Shown: positions 29,590 through 39,818 of the stretch, in pieces
Layout of the letters: each line of letters begins with the position of its first letter
Position numbering within the stretch: position 1 is the stretch's first letter
Assembly (NCBI GenBank): GCA_044229975.1
Contig: JBGARZ010000013.1
Span: 96,001-160,000, forward strand
From: Polyangiales bacterium
Lineage (GTDB): Bacteria; Myxococcota_A; Polyangia; Polyangiales; Ga0077539
Reading direction: 5' to 3'
DNA length: 64,000 nt
Program-made: the position numbers and the translations under genes
Notes under the pieces: model-generated
Database searches by the model: none
Told to the model about the DNA's origin: nothing
What the model saw: only the letters and a program-made list of their open reading frames with translations

Positions 29590-29675
29590 CGGGGTGGGGA
29601 CGGTTTCAACTTTTCACGTTGTTACGGTTGGGCTCGATCGTAGCAACTTGAAAACTTGAGACCGTCCCCACCCCG
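29590..29675. repeat. 86-nt near-perfect inverted repeat (REP/MITE-like hairpin)
   Basis: 41-bp arms 29590-29630 and 29635-29675 with 6 non-Watson-Crick positions. Confidence 0.85.
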
Positions 29676-30632
29676 TCACCCGCCGCGCGCCTTCTCCTTC
29701 TTACAGCGCTCGGTAAACTCGGCGATGATGTGCTCGCGGAACACCCGCACCTTCGGCGTCACCAGCCGCGTCGCGTGGTGCACGACGAAGAGCGTTCCTT
29801 TGAAGCCCGCCCAGTCCTTGAGCACCGGCACGAGGCGCCCCGCGGTGACGTCGTTGCGCGCGACCACGTCGGGCAGCAGCGCTACGCCGCCACCACCGAG
29901 GGCCACCTCGCGGGTGAACGAGTAGTCCGACCCCGCGATGGGCGCGTGTCCCTTGAAGCGCAGCCGGTGCTCCTCCGTCCCGCGCCGCAGCGTGAGCGAC
30001 GCGGCACCTCTCCCCCCCTGCCCCAGCAACAACCGATGGCCATCGAGTTCGTCCACCCGCTTCGGCGCGCCGTGCTGCTTCACATACCCCGGCGACGCGT
30101 AGAGCCGCGCCTCGATGTCCAGCAGCCGGTGCGCGACCAGCGTCGAGTCCTGCAACACCGACCCCGCCCGCAGCGCTACGTCGATCTGGTGCGCGTCGAA
30201 GTCGAGAAACGTCTCCGTCAGCACCATCTCCACGGTGACCTCCGGGTAGCGCTCGACGAAGCTCGCGATCACCGGCGGCAGCAGCGTGAGCCCCACGTCC
30301 GTCGGCGCCGTCACGCGCAGGTGCCCGCTCGGCGACGTGAGCGCCCGCCGCGCCTGCGCGTTGGCCTCGTCGAGCATCTCCAGCACGCGCCCCACCGAGG
30401 CCCGATACGCCGCGCCGTCCTCGGTCGCCTGCACCAACCGCGGCGACCGTCGCAGCAGCACCACGCCGAGCGAGCGCTCCAGCCGCGTGATGCGCCGGCT
30501 CACAGCACCCTTCGTCTCACCGAGCGCCTTCGCTGCCCCCGTGATCGACCCGAGATCCACCACCCGGCAAAACGCTCGCAGGTCGTCGACGTCCGTCGCG
30601 GCTGTTTCCGTTTCCACAACCTGATGTTTCAT
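29676..30632 (-). CDS. LysR-family transcriptional regulator
   Basis: DLRAFCRVVDLGSITGAAKALG...VSRRITRLE HTH; substrate-binding domain. Confidence 0.93.
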   Translation of the reverse strand: MKHQVVETETAATDVDDLRAFCRVVDLGSITGAAKALGETKGAVSRRITRLERSLGVVLLRRSPRLVQATEDGAAYRASVGRVLEMLDEANAQARRALTSPSGHLRVTAPTDVGLTLLPPVIASFVERYPEVTVEMVLTETFLDFDAHQIDVALRAGSVLQDSTLVAHRLLDIEARLYASPGYVKQHGAPKRVDELDGHRLLLGQGGRGAASLTLRRGTEEHRLRFKGHAPIAGSDYSFTREVALGGGGVALLPDVVARNDVTAGRLVPVLKDWAGFKGTLFVVHHATRLVTPKVRVFREHIIAEFTERCKKEKARGG

Positions 30633-30713
30633 CTCCACCCGATTGTGGCACCTCCGGGAACGCTCTAGAAGCACATCACTCGACGATCTTCTCGCTCGTC
30701 ACGGAGGCTCCCC

Positions 30714-31355
30714 ATGCGTTCTGTCGCCGTCACCCTCGCCGCCCTCTCCATTGCCACTTTCGCCGCCTGCAAGGACCCCAACGCCAACACCGCGCGCGCC
30801 GCCACCAGCGCCGCCGTCGCCGCCCCGACGGCCCCTGCCGCATCGGCCAGCGAGCACCTCACCATCAACGCCGCGGCGTCGTCTGTGGGCTTCACCGGCG
30901 CCAAGGTCACGGGCACGCACCTCGGCAACTTCCCGACCTTCAGCGGCACCATCGACCTCGACCCGGCCCGCGTCGAAAACAGCCGCATCAGCGTCGACGT
31001 CGACACCACCTCCGTCACCACCGACACCCCGCGCCTCACCGAACACCTGAAGTCCCCCGACTTCTTCAACGTCGCGCAGTTTCCCCACGCGACCTTCACG
31101 TCCACTGCCATCACCGCGGGCGGCACCGGCGGCGCCACGCACACCATCACCGGCAACCTCGCGCTGCACGGCGTGACCCGCGCCATCACGTTCCCCGCCA
31201 CCGTGACCATCACCCCGGGTGAGTTCGCCGCCACGGCGGAGTTCGTCATCAACCGCCGCGAGTTCGGCATCGTCTACGCGGGCATGCCGGACAACCTCAT
31301 CCGCGACGACGTCGCGATGCACCTCTCGCTGCGCGCCCCGCGCGCGGCGCACTGA
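30714..31355 (+). CDS. YceI-family lipoprotein
   Basis: HLKSPDFFNVAQFP, GNLALHGVTR; lipobox FAAC; divergent from LysR. Confidence 0.9.
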   Translation: MRSVAVTLAALSIATFAACKDPNANTARAATSAAVAAPTAPAASASEHLTINAAASSVGFTGAKVTGTHLGNFPTFSGTIDLDPARVENSRISVDVDTTSVTTDTPRLTEHLKSPDFFNVAQFPHATFTSTAITAGGTGGATHTITGNLALHGVTRAITFPATVTITPGEFAATAEFVINRREFGIVYAGMPDNLIRDDVAMHLSLRAPRAAH

Positions 31356-31502
31356 CCGCGCCCCTCCCCGACCGTCAACGTTGGTTCGCACCCCCCGCCG
31401 CCAACGACCCGCCACGACAGACCCACCGCCGACCCGCCTCGCAGGCATTTCCACCGCGTGGCATCGCCCGTGCTCCGGGGTGGTGCCTCAGGAGGTCCGC
31501 CC

Positions 31503-32459
31503 ATGACCATCACCCGCCCGTCCCTCCTCGCCTTCTTCACCATCGCCCTCGCCGCCCCGCTCGCCACGGCCCAGACCGTCGACCGCTCGGGCGTCACCAC
31601 CATGGTCGGCGCCATCAACGCCGAGCGCGCCCGGCAGAACCTCCCAGCCCTCACCGAAGACCCGCGGCTCGACGCCGTCGCCGAGGCCCACTCCCTCGAC
31701 ATGGCGCGCGCCCGCTTCTTCTCGCACACGTCGCCGACCACCGGTCAGCCCGCCGAGCGCGTCACCAGCGCCGGCATGAGCTGGAACGCCGTCGCCGAAA
31801 ACATCGCCATCAACCAGTCCCCGCAGGCCGCGCAGCAGAGCCTCGTGCGCAGCCCCGGCCACTACCAGAACATGATCGACCCCGCGCAGCGCTCGGTAGG
31901 CGTCGGCATCGTGCGCCACGGCGATCAGGTGTGGGTCACGCAGCTCTTCGCGGCGCTCAACGGCCCCGCTCCCACCGCGGCTCCGGTGGTCACTCCGCCT
32001 CCGAGCGCCGCCGCTCCCACCGCCCCGACCGCCGACACCAACGACGCCGACGAAGACGACGCCGAGCAGGACGACCAGGACTGCGACGCCGAGACCGATG
32101 CGCCCGCGCCCACGGCTCCCCCCGTCGCCGCGGCGCCCGTGGCCCCGCCGGTCGCCGCGCCCGTCGCCGCTCCGACGGTCATGCCGTGGCAGAGCATCCC
32201 CGGGCTCGACCAGTTTCTTACCGGGCTCGGTATGACCCGACAGCCCGCTGCCCCCGCGGCCACTCCCGCGGCGCGCGCTGCGAGCCATCAGGTCTACGTG
32301 GTGCAGACGCCCTTTGGTCCGGTCAGGGTCGAGGTCCCCGGCGCGATGGCCGCCCCGGCCGCCGCGCCCGCCGCCCGCCCCGCAGCGCCGGCTCCCCGCA
32401 CGCACCGCCGCCGCGCCGCGCCCGGCCGCGTGGTGCAGCTCGACACCCTCGACGTCTGA
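31503..32459 (+). CDS. CAP (SCP-like) domain secreted protein with Pro/Ala/Asp-rich tail
   Basis: INAER, AHSLDM...FFSH, AENIA, SPGHYQNM. Confidence 0.85.
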   Translation: MTITRPSLLAFFTIALAAPLATAQTVDRSGVTTMVGAINAERARQNLPALTEDPRLDAVAEAHSLDMARARFFSHTSPTTGQPAERVTSAGMSWNAVAENIAINQSPQAAQQSLVRSPGHYQNMIDPAQRSVGVGIVRHGDQVWVTQLFAALNGPAPTAAPVVTPPPSAAAPTAPTADTNDADEDDAEQDDQDCDAETDAPAPTAPPVAAAPVAPPVAAPVAAPTVMPWQSIPGLDQFLTGLGMTRQPAAPAATPAARAASHQVYVVQTPFGPVRVEVPGAMAAPAAAPAARPAAPAPRTHRRRAAPGRVVQLDTLDV

Positions 32460-32516
32460 TCGACAACACCTCCCACCGCTGCTTCGCCTCCGCGGACTGC
32501 GCTATCGTCCGACGCG

Positions 32517-34139
32517 ATGCTCACCCGACGAGACCTGCTGGCCGCCGTGGGCGCCTCCGCCGCCTCGGGCCTCGCGAGCACGGGCTGTAGCGGCGACGCC
32601 CCGTACGTTCCTCCCTCCCCCGACGACGACGCCTCCACGAACTCCGACGGCGGTTCGCTCCCCGTAGAAGCTGACTTCCTCCACGGCGTCGCGAGCGGTG
32701 ACCCCCTCTCCGATCGCGTCATCCTGTGGACCCGCGTCACCCCGCGCGGCGGCCTGCGAGGCTTCGTCGACGTCCGCTGGGAGCTCTCCGCCACGCTCGA
32801 CTTCGCCACCCTCGTCGCCTCGGGCAGCGTCGTCACCACCTTCGAGCGCGACTACACGGTCAAGGTCGACGCCGCGGCCCTCAGCCCCGGGACCACCTAC
32901 TACTACCGCTTCGCCGTCGGCGCGACGCACTCCGTCGTCGGCCGCACCCGCACCACGCCCGTCGGCCCCGTCGACCGACTGCGCCTCGCGGTGGTCTCCT
33001 GCGCGAGCCTCGCCCACGGGTACTTCCACATCTACCGCGACATCGCCGAGCGCCTCGACCTCGACGCGGTCGTGCACCTCGGCGACTACATCTACGAGTA
33101 CGCCAACGGGCGCTACGGCAACGTGCGGCCGTACGACCCGCCCACCGAGACCTTCTCGCTCTCCGACTACCGGCGTCGGCACGCCCAGTACAAGCGCGAC
33201 GCCGACGTGCGGGCCGTCCACCAGCAGCACCCGATGATCGCCATCTGGGACGACCACGAGTTCGCCAACAACACCTGGATGAACGGCTCGGAGACGCCGC
33301 CGCCCCGCGGCGTGGAGTGGCGCGACCGCAAGGCCGCCGCCATGCGCGCCTACTTCGAGTGGATGCCGATCCGCGAGCAGGCCGAGGGGCGCATCTGGCG
33401 GCGCTTCGCCTTCGGCGACCTCGCGGACCTCGTCATGCTCGACACCCGCCTCTGGGCGAGGCCGATGCCGCTCCCGGGCGGATCGCCCGGCGCCAACGAC
33501 CCGCGGCGCACGCTGCTCGGCGACGACCAGGAGCGCTGGTGCTTCGACGCCCTGGGCGGCTCCACCGCGCGATGGAAACTCGTCGGTCAGCAAGTGCGCA
33601 TGGCGCCGCTCTCGCCCAAGTACAACACCGACACCTGGGAGGGGTTTCCCGCCGCGAGGGACCGCTTCCTCCAGGCCATCGCGCGCATGCGCACCGACGA
33701 CGTCGCGGTGCTCACCGGCGACATCCACACCTCCTGGGCCATGGACCTCGCGCTCAACCCCTTCGACCGCCGCGAGTACGATCCGCGCACCGGCATGGGC
33801 TCGCTCGCCGTGGAGCTCATCACCCCCGGCGTGACCTCCCCCTCCGGGCACCCGCCCGAGGTCGAGGAGACCATCCCCGACATCCTCCGGGACAACCCCC
33901 ACATGCGCTACGGCAACGGCTCCAAGCGCGGCTTCATCCTCGTCGACGTCACCCGCGAGCGCCTCCAGGCCGAGTGGTTTCACCTGCCCTATGGCGCCGT
34001 CGAGCAGCGCGAGCGACGGCGCCCCACCTTCAGCGCCGCGTGGCTCACCCGCGCGGGCGCCAACCACCTCACGCCGGGCGGCAACCCGACGACGGCCCGC
34101 GAGAACCCTCCGGCCGCCGCGCCGTGGGAGCCCGCGTAG
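32517..34139 (+). CDS. phoD: Alkaline phosphatase D (Tat-exported lipoprotein)
   Basis: TRRDLL Tat motif; HGVASGDP, HLGDYIYE, WDDHE, LTGDIH. Confidence 0.93.
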   Translation: MLTRRDLLAAVGASAASGLASTGCSGDAPYVPPSPDDDASTNSDGGSLPVEADFLHGVASGDPLSDRVILWTRVTPRGGLRGFVDVRWELSATLDFATLVASGSVVTTFERDYTVKVDAAALSPGTTYYYRFAVGATHSVVGRTRTTPVGPVDRLRLAVVSCASLAHGYFHIYRDIAERLDLDAVVHLGDYIYEYANGRYGNVRPYDPPTETFSLSDYRRRHAQYKRDADVRAVHQQHPMIAIWDDHEFANNTWMNGSETPPPRGVEWRDRKAAAMRAYFEWMPIREQAEGRIWRRFAFGDLADLVMLDTRLWARPMPLPGGSPGANDPRRTLLGDDQERWCFDALGGSTARWKLVGQQVRMAPLSPKYNTDTWEGFPAARDRFLQAIARMRTDDVAVLTGDIHTSWAMDLALNPFDRREYDPRTGMGSLAVELITPGVTSPSGHPPEVEETIPDILRDNPHMRYGNGSKRGFILVDVTRERLQAEWFHLPYGAVEQRERRRPTFSAAWLTRAGANHLTPGGNPTTARENPPAAAPWEPA

Positions 34140-34142
34140 CCG

Positions 34143-35984
34143 TCAGCCCTCGCGCACGACGAGACCCGGCGGCAACGGGATGCCGGCGTGGTGCAGCGCG
34201 GTGCGAAACTCCGACTTGTTGAAGCTGCGGCTGTACGCCTCGCGCACGTCGACGCGGCCCGAGCGCACCAGCTCGCAGAGCGAGTCGTGCTGCGAGATCA
34301 TCCCGACCTGTCGCGAGGTCTGCATCACGCCCGCGAGCTGGAAGGTCTTGCCCTCGCGGATGAGGTTGGCCACCGCGGGCGTCACCAGCAGGACCTCGTA
34401 CGCCGGGATGCGCCCGCCGCCGATCTTCCGGCACAGCGTCTGCGACACCACGCCCTTCAGCGACTCGGCCAGCATCGTGCGAATCTGCGGCTGACGCTCG
34501 GCGGGAAACTGGTCGATGATGCGGTCGACCGTGCTGGGGGCCGTGCGGGTGTGGAGCGTTCCGAAGACGAGGTGACCCGTCTCCGCCGTCTCGATGGCGA
34601 TGGCCGTCGTCTCCAGGTCGCGCATCTCGCCCACCAGCACCACGTCGGGGTCTTCGCGCAGCGCCGCCCGCAGCGCGTGCTTGAAGCCCTCGGTGTGCAT
34701 CCCCACCTCGCGCTGGTTGACCAGGCAGCGCTTGTTCTTGTGCACGAACTCGATGGGGTCTTCGATGGTGATGATGTGGTCTTTGCGGGTGCTGTTGATG
34801 CGGTCGATCATCCCCGCCAGCGACGTGCTCTTGCCCGAACCCGTCGGGCCCGTGAACAACACCAGACCTTTGGGCAGGTCGCACAGGTCGAGCACCGCGC
34901 GCGACAACCCGAGCTCCTCGGCCGACACGATGTCCATCGGGATGCGCCGCAGCACCGCCGACGGCCCGCGTCGCTCCACCATCGCGTTGCAGCGGAAGCG
35001 CGCGACCCCGTTGATCTCGTAGGCGTAGTCGGCGTCGTTGCGGGCGGCGTACTCGCGCCGCGCCGCGCCCTTCATCGTCGGCAGGATGAGCGCCTTGAGT
35101 CCGTCCGCGGTGAGCGGGAGGTGGTCGCCGGGCAGCGGCCTGATCTCGCCGTGCAGACGCATCATCGGCGGCCGACCCGTGGCGAGGTGCAGGTCGCTCG
35201 CGCCCACCTTGGTCATCAGCCGCAGGATCGCGTCGATGCCCGCGGTGTCGCCCACCCGCTCGTCGTCCGAGGCGACGATTGGTGCGGCAGGCGCCTCGCT
35301 CGCGCGACCGTTCTGCACCGCGCGGTCGATAATCACCTCGGTGCCGCGCGGCCCCGTCGACTCCGCCCCGCGGGGCACGTCGGGCTGCATCGAGACGCGC
35401 TGGAGGTCAGGCCGCGAAAACCGCGGGCCCTCCGGGATGGACAGCCGCTCGGGCGCGGGCAACGACTGGCGGGGTGAGTCCTGTCGCGGGACCTCCAGCC
35501 GGGCGCCCTGACCGACCATCGGAGACGGTGCCTGAGGGGCGGCCGAGCGGACGGGCTGCGGGCCGGAGGGGATGGTTCCGCTGCCGGCGACGCGCACGAT
35601 CGGGTGCATGTCGCCGCTCGGGCGACGGCCGACGGCCGCGAGGTTGCCCGACGTGACGTGCGCCGACGCCACCTGGCGCGGACTGGGCAGCGGGATGAGC
35701 ACGAGCTTCCACGCGCCGGGCGTCGGCGTGACCTCCACCGTCACCGTCGGAACATCGAGCGGATAGAGGAACTTCGTCGGCCGCGACGCGCGCAGGTCGG
35801 ACATCGCACCGGGCGGCGCGCTCTCGTTGACGGCCGCCACCAGCAGCGAGTGCTCGACGGTCTGCGTGGACGCCTTCTCGGTGCCCGAGGCGAGCCGCGC
35901 CACCACCGGGCCGTTGGACGTGACCATCAGCGAGAGGGCCTCGAAGCGCAGCAGGTGCTGGATGTACTTGTCGATCTGCGCCAC
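34143..35984 (-). CDS. pilT: PilT/PilU-family ATPase with N-terminal extension
   Basis: GASDLHL, GPTGSGKST, TIEDPIE, REDPDVVLVGEMRD, GTLHT, NLIREGK. Confidence 0.88.
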   Translation of the reverse strand: MAQIDKYIQHLLRFEALSLMVTSNGPVVARLASGTEKASTQTVEHSLLVAAVNESAPPGAMSDLRASRPTKFLYPLDVPTVTVEVTPTPGAWKLVLIPLPSPRQVASAHVTSGNLAAVGRRPSGDMHPIVRVAGSGTIPSGPQPVRSAAPQAPSPMVGQGARLEVPRQDSPRQSLPAPERLSIPEGPRFSRPDLQRVSMQPDVPRGAESTGPRGTEVIIDRAVQNGRASEAPAAPIVASDDERVGDTAGIDAILRLMTKVGASDLHLATGRPPMMRLHGEIRPLPGDHLPLTADGLKALILPTMKGAARREYAARNDADYAYEINGVARFRCNAMVERRGPSAVLRRIPMDIVSAEELGLSRAVLDLCDLPKGLVLFTGPTGSGKSTSLAGMIDRINSTRKDHIITIEDPIEFVHKNKRCLVNQREVGMHTEGFKHALRAALREDPDVVLVGEMRDLETTAIAIETAETGHLVFGTLHTRTAPSTVDRIIDQFPAERQPQIRTMLAESLKGVVSQTLCRKIGGGRIPAYEVLLVTPAVANLIREGKTFQLAGVMQTSRQVGMISQHDSLCELVRSGRVDVREAYSRSFNKSEFRTALHHAGIPLPPGLVVREG

Positions 35985-35999
35985 TGCCTACGCCTCCGT

Positions 36000-37460
36000 C
36001 TATGCGTCCGGGAGAGAGACGCCGGCGTTGTGGAAGAGCTGCCGGATCTCGGTCTTGTTGATGGACTTCAGGTACGCCTCGCGCGGCTCGACGAGGCCCT
36101 TCAGCACGAGGTCGAGCAGCGAGTCGGCCATGGTCACCATGCCGAGGTGCTTGCTGGTCTGCATGGTTCCGGGGAGCTGGAAGGTCTTGCCCTCGCGGAT
36201 GAGGTTGGCCACCGCGGGCGTGCCGATGAGCACCTCGTAGGCCGCGATGCGACCGCCGCCGATCTTCTTGCAGAGCGTCTGCGCGATGACGCCCTTCAGC
36301 GAGTCCGAGAGCATCGCCCTGATCTGCGCCTGACGGTCGGACGGAAACTGGTCGATGATGCGATCGACGGTGCTCGCGGCCGTGTTGGTGTGGAGCGTTC
36401 CGAAGACGAGGTGACCGGTCTCCGCCGTCTCGATGGCGATCTCGACGGTCTCCAGGTCGCGCATCTCACCCACCAGCACCACGTCGGGGTCTTCGCGCAG
36501 CGCCGCGCGCAGCGCCACGCGGAAGCCTTCGGTGTGCACGCCCACCTCGCGCTGCCGCACGAGGCACTTCTTGTCGTTGTGGACGAACTCCACCGGGTCT
36601 TCGATGGTCACGATGTGGTCGTCGCGCGTGGCGTTGACCCGGTCGATCATCGAGGCGAGCGTGGTGCTCTTGCCCGACCCGGTGGGGCCCGTGACGAGCA
36701 CGAGGCCGCGCGAGAGATCACACAGTTCGAGCACCTGCACCGAGAGCCCGAGCTTCTCCGCCGAGAGGATCTCGAAGGGGATGCGGCGGAAGACGGCGCC
36801 GATGCCGTTGCGGTCCATGAACAGGTTGACGCGGAAGCGCGAGACGCCGGCGATCTCGTGGGCGAAGTCGGTGTCCCGCTTGCGCTCGAACTCCTCGCGG
36901 TTGCGCTTCGGAACGATGGGCCAGATGAGCGTGCGGAGGGCTTCGGGGCTGAAGGGCTGCGAGTCGTCGACGCGCTGCATCTCCCCGTGCAGGCGCATCA
37001 TGGCGGCGACGCCCGACGAGAGGTGCAGGTCGCTCGCCCCGCGCTGCGACATGGCGCGGAGCATGGACTCGATGCCCGCCTCGGCGCCGGGCGCGGTGGA
37101 GGCAGTGCCCCCCGCGGGCATCGCCTCGGGCAGCACCGCCGAGCGGGGCAAGCCCGGTGAGGCGCCAGGGATGAGCGTGACGCGCCAGGTGCCCTGCGAC
37201 GGCATGACCTCGACGGTGACGGAGTTCATCGCCGTGCTGCCGTAGTTGAAGCGGGTGGTCTTGCCGAGGCGCAGCTCCTGGAGGCAGCCGGGCGGCGCGA
37301 CCTCGGAGATCATCGCCGCGACGCTCGCGTGGTCGAGCACCTGGTTGGAGACCTTCTCCCCGGAGGCCGTCTGCACGGTCACGGGCGCGCCCGATCCCAC
37401 GACGAGGGCCTCGCCCGCGAAGCGGATCAAGTGTCCGACCAGCTTGTCGATCTGACGCAT
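36000..37460 (-). CDS. pilT: PilT/PilU-family ATPase with N-terminal extension
   Basis: Same motifs as its neighbour (GPTGSGKST, EDPVE, GTLHT, AVANLIRE). Confidence 0.9.
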   Translation of the reverse strand: MRQIDKLVGHLIRFAGEALVVGSGAPVTVQTASGEKVSNQVLDHASVAAMISEVAPPGCLQELRLGKTTRFNYGSTAMNSVTVEVMPSQGTWRVTLIPGASPGLPRSAVLPEAMPAGGTASTAPGAEAGIESMLRAMSQRGASDLHLSSGVAAMMRLHGEMQRVDDSQPFSPEALRTLIWPIVPKRNREEFERKRDTDFAHEIAGVSRFRVNLFMDRNGIGAVFRRIPFEILSAEKLGLSVQVLELCDLSRGLVLVTGPTGSGKSTTLASMIDRVNATRDDHIVTIEDPVEFVHNDKKCLVRQREVGVHTEGFRVALRAALREDPDVVLVGEMRDLETVEIAIETAETGHLVFGTLHTNTAASTVDRIIDQFPSDRQAQIRAMLSDSLKGVIAQTLCKKIGGGRIAAYEVLIGTPAVANLIREGKTFQLPGTMQTSKHLGMVTMADSLLDLVLKGLVEPREAYLKSINKTEIRQLFHNAGVSLPDA

Positions 37461-37595
37461 GCGACCGAAGCACCCACTGTCGCGCGCCCGACGAGCCGGA
37501 GCATCCGCGAGGCCCGGGGTTATACCAACACCCTCGCGCCCACCGCGAGGACGAACGCCACCGCCGCGTGTGGGTTATGCTCGACCGCCAGTCCG

Positions 37596-38237
37596 ATGGG
37601 ATACGCCGTCAAGGAGCTGTTCTACACGTTGCAGGGCGAAGGGGCGCGGGCCGGCCGGGCGGCGGTGTTCGTTCGATTTACGGGCTGCAACCTGTGGACG
37701 GGGCGCGAGGCCGACCGGGCGAAGGGCCCCGGCGGGTGCTCGCTCTGGTGCGACACGGACTTCGTCGGAACCGACGGCGACGGGGGTGGAAGGTTTGCCT
37801 CGGCGGACGATCTGGCGAGGGCGGTGGCACGGGCGTGGGGGCCCGACCGCGAGGCGCGCTACGTGGTGTGCACCGGGGGCGAGCCGCTGCTGCAACTGGA
37901 CGAGGCGCTGGTCGAGGCGCTGCACCGCGAGGGCTTCGAGGTGGCCATCGAGACCAACGGGACCATCGCCGTACCCGCGGGCGTCGACTGGGTGTGCGTG
38001 AGCCCGAAGGCGGGCTCGACGGTGGTGGTGCGCGAGGGCGACGAGCTGAAGCTGGTGATCCCGCAGGAGGGGATGAGCCCGACGGACTTCGAGGCGTGGG
38101 GCTTCGCGCACCGCTTCGTGCAGGCGTGCGACGGCCCGCAGCGGGTCGAGCACACGCGCGCGGCGGTCGAGTGGTGCCGCGCGCACCCGCGGTGGCGGCT
38201 GTCGCTCCAGACCCACAAGCTCCTGGGCATCCCATGA
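37596..38237 (+). CDS. queE: 7-carboxy-7-deazaguanine synthase (radical SAM)
   Basis: KELFYTLQGEG, RFTGCNLW...CDTDF, TGGEP, ETNGT, LSLQTHK. Confidence 0.93.
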   Translation: MGYAVKELFYTLQGEGARAGRAAVFVRFTGCNLWTGREADRAKGPGGCSLWCDTDFVGTDGDGGGRFASADDLARAVARAWGPDREARYVVCTGGEPLLQLDEALVEALHREGFEVAIETNGTIAVPAGVDWVCVSPKAGSTVVVREGDELKLVIPQEGMSPTDFEAWGFAHRFVQACDGPQRVEHTRAAVEWCRAHPRWRLSLQTHKLLGIP

Positions 38238-38851
38238 GGCGCGCGCTGGTCTCCGTCGCAGTCGTCGCGGTCGCGATGGTGTCGCTGGGCGCGTGCGCGC
38301 AGGGCCGCAGCGACGATCGCACCACCGACGTCGCCATCTCGGGGATGTCGCCCATCGTCGACCCCGTCGAAGACGGCGCGGTGGACGAGTACGGCGACCC
38401 CATCAAGCCGACGCCGGATGTTCCGGAGGTGTGGAGCGACCTGGGCGCACCGATGGTCGATGCGGGCGTGGCGCCGAGGGTCGACGCGGGACCGTGCGGG
38501 ACGGCGGGGCGCATGTGCTGTCAGGGGTCGACCTGCGGCAACGGGCTGCGGTGCACGGCCAACCTCTGCGTGGAGATGAGCGCCTGCGGGTCGTGGCGCC
38601 AGCCGTGCTGCGGCGCGGCGGCGTGCGGCCCGGGGCTGAGCTGTTCGAGCGCGCGCTGCGACGGGGCAGGAGCGTGCGGGGCGAGCGGGCAGTCGTGCTG
38701 CGGCGGGGCGACGCCATGCCTCGCGCGGCAGGTGTGCGCGGCCGCGACGTGCCGACCGTGCGGGGCCGCGGGTCAGCCGTGCTGCACCACGCTGGCGCCG
38801 ATGTGCAACGGGAGCCTCGCGTGCGCGGGCGGGTACTGCGTGGGCGGGTGA
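38234..38851 (+). CDS. Cys-rich lipoprotein
   Basis: Lipobox LGAC; four CG..GQ.CC-type repeats; ATGA overlap with queE. Confidence 0.7.
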   Translation: MRRALVSVAVVAVAMVSLGACAQGRSDDRTTDVAISGMSPIVDPVEDGAVDEYGDPIKPTPDVPEVWSDLGAPMVDAGVAPRVDAGPCGTAGRMCCQGSTCGNGLRCTANLCVEMSACGSWRQPCCGAAACGPGLSCSSARCDGAGACGASGQSCCGGATPCLARQVCAAATCRPCGAAGQPCCTTLAPMCNGSLACAGGYCVGG

Positions 38852-38861
38852 TTTGGGGAGT

Positions 38862-39044
38862 TGCGTCGCGGAAAGAGAGAGAGCCGCAAGGGCGCAAGGA
38901 TCGCAAGGGAGAGAACGAAGGGTCGGCAGATCCGACCGACGCGGTTGAGCAAGACGGACCGACGCGGATGAGCGCCGGTCCGTCCATTCCATCTCTCCCT
39001 TGCGACCCTTGCGCCCTGGCGGCCCTTTCTCTCTCGACGTCGCA
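38862..39044. repeat. Dispersed inverted-repeat element, copy 2
   Basis: GCCGCAAGGGCGCAAGGATCGCAAGGGAGAGA versus TCTCTCCCTTGCGACCCTTGCGCCCTGGCGGC. Confidence 0.85.
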
Positions 39045-39077
39045 TCCGTCACCGGCCCGCCGCGCGTAGTCCCTCCT

Positions 39078-39770
39078 GTGAGCCCGCTGCGCTTCGCCTT
39101 CATTGCTCTCCTCCTCGCCTGTCGCGCCGAACGTCCACCCGCCGTCGCCGCGCCCATCGCCGACGCCACCCCTCGCCCGTCGGTGCGCTACCTCGCGCTC
39201 GGCGACTCGTTCACCATTGGCACCGGGTCGTCCCCAGCACAGTCGTTTCCGTCGCGCCTCGTCGCCCGCTGGGACGCGCGCTGCGCCGTCACCCACCGCA
39301 ACCTCGCGGTCAACGGCTACACCACGCAGGACGTCCTCGACGAGGAGCTTCCCGAGGTGCGCCCCTTCGCGCCGACCTTCGTCACGCTCGCCGTCGGCGC
39401 CAACGACCTCGTGCGCGGCCGCTCCGTCGCCGAGTACCGCGCGCAGCTCGGTCGCCTCTTCGACGCCCTCGCCGCCGCAGGCGTCCCCGCGTCGCGCGTC
39501 GTCACGCTCCCGCAGCCCGCGTGGGACCGCTCGCCCGCCGCCGCCAACTTCGGCGACCCCGCGGTCACCGCGCGCTCCATCGCGGCCTTCAACGACGCCC
39601 TGCGCGAGGTCTCCGCCGACCGCGGCGCCCGCTACGTCGACCTCACGACCCTGCTCCGCGCGCAAGCCGAGCGCGGCCTCATCGCCCCCGACGGGCTGCA
39701 CCCCTCCGCCGAGGCCCACGACGCCTGGGCCGCCGAGCTCGATCGCACGCTGCCGCCCTGCGGCGGCTGA
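39078..39770 (+). CDS. SGNH/GDSL hydrolase lipoprotein
   Basis: LGDSFT, GANDL, DGLHP; lipobox LLAC. Confidence 0.9.
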   Translation: MSPLRFAFIALLLACRAERPPAVAAPIADATPRPSVRYLALGDSFTIGTGSSPAQSFPSRLVARWDARCAVTHRNLAVNGYTTQDVLDEELPEVRPFAPTFVTLAVGANDLVRGRSVAEYRAQLGRLFDALAAAGVPASRVVTLPQPAWDRSPAAANFGDPAVTARSIAAFNDALREVSADRGARYVDLTTLLRAQAERGLIAPDGLHPSAEAHDAWAAELDRTLPPCGG

Positions 39771-39818
39771 GACCCTTCCAACCGTCTCCCTCGTTGGCGT
39801 ATCACCGTCGCCCCTCCC

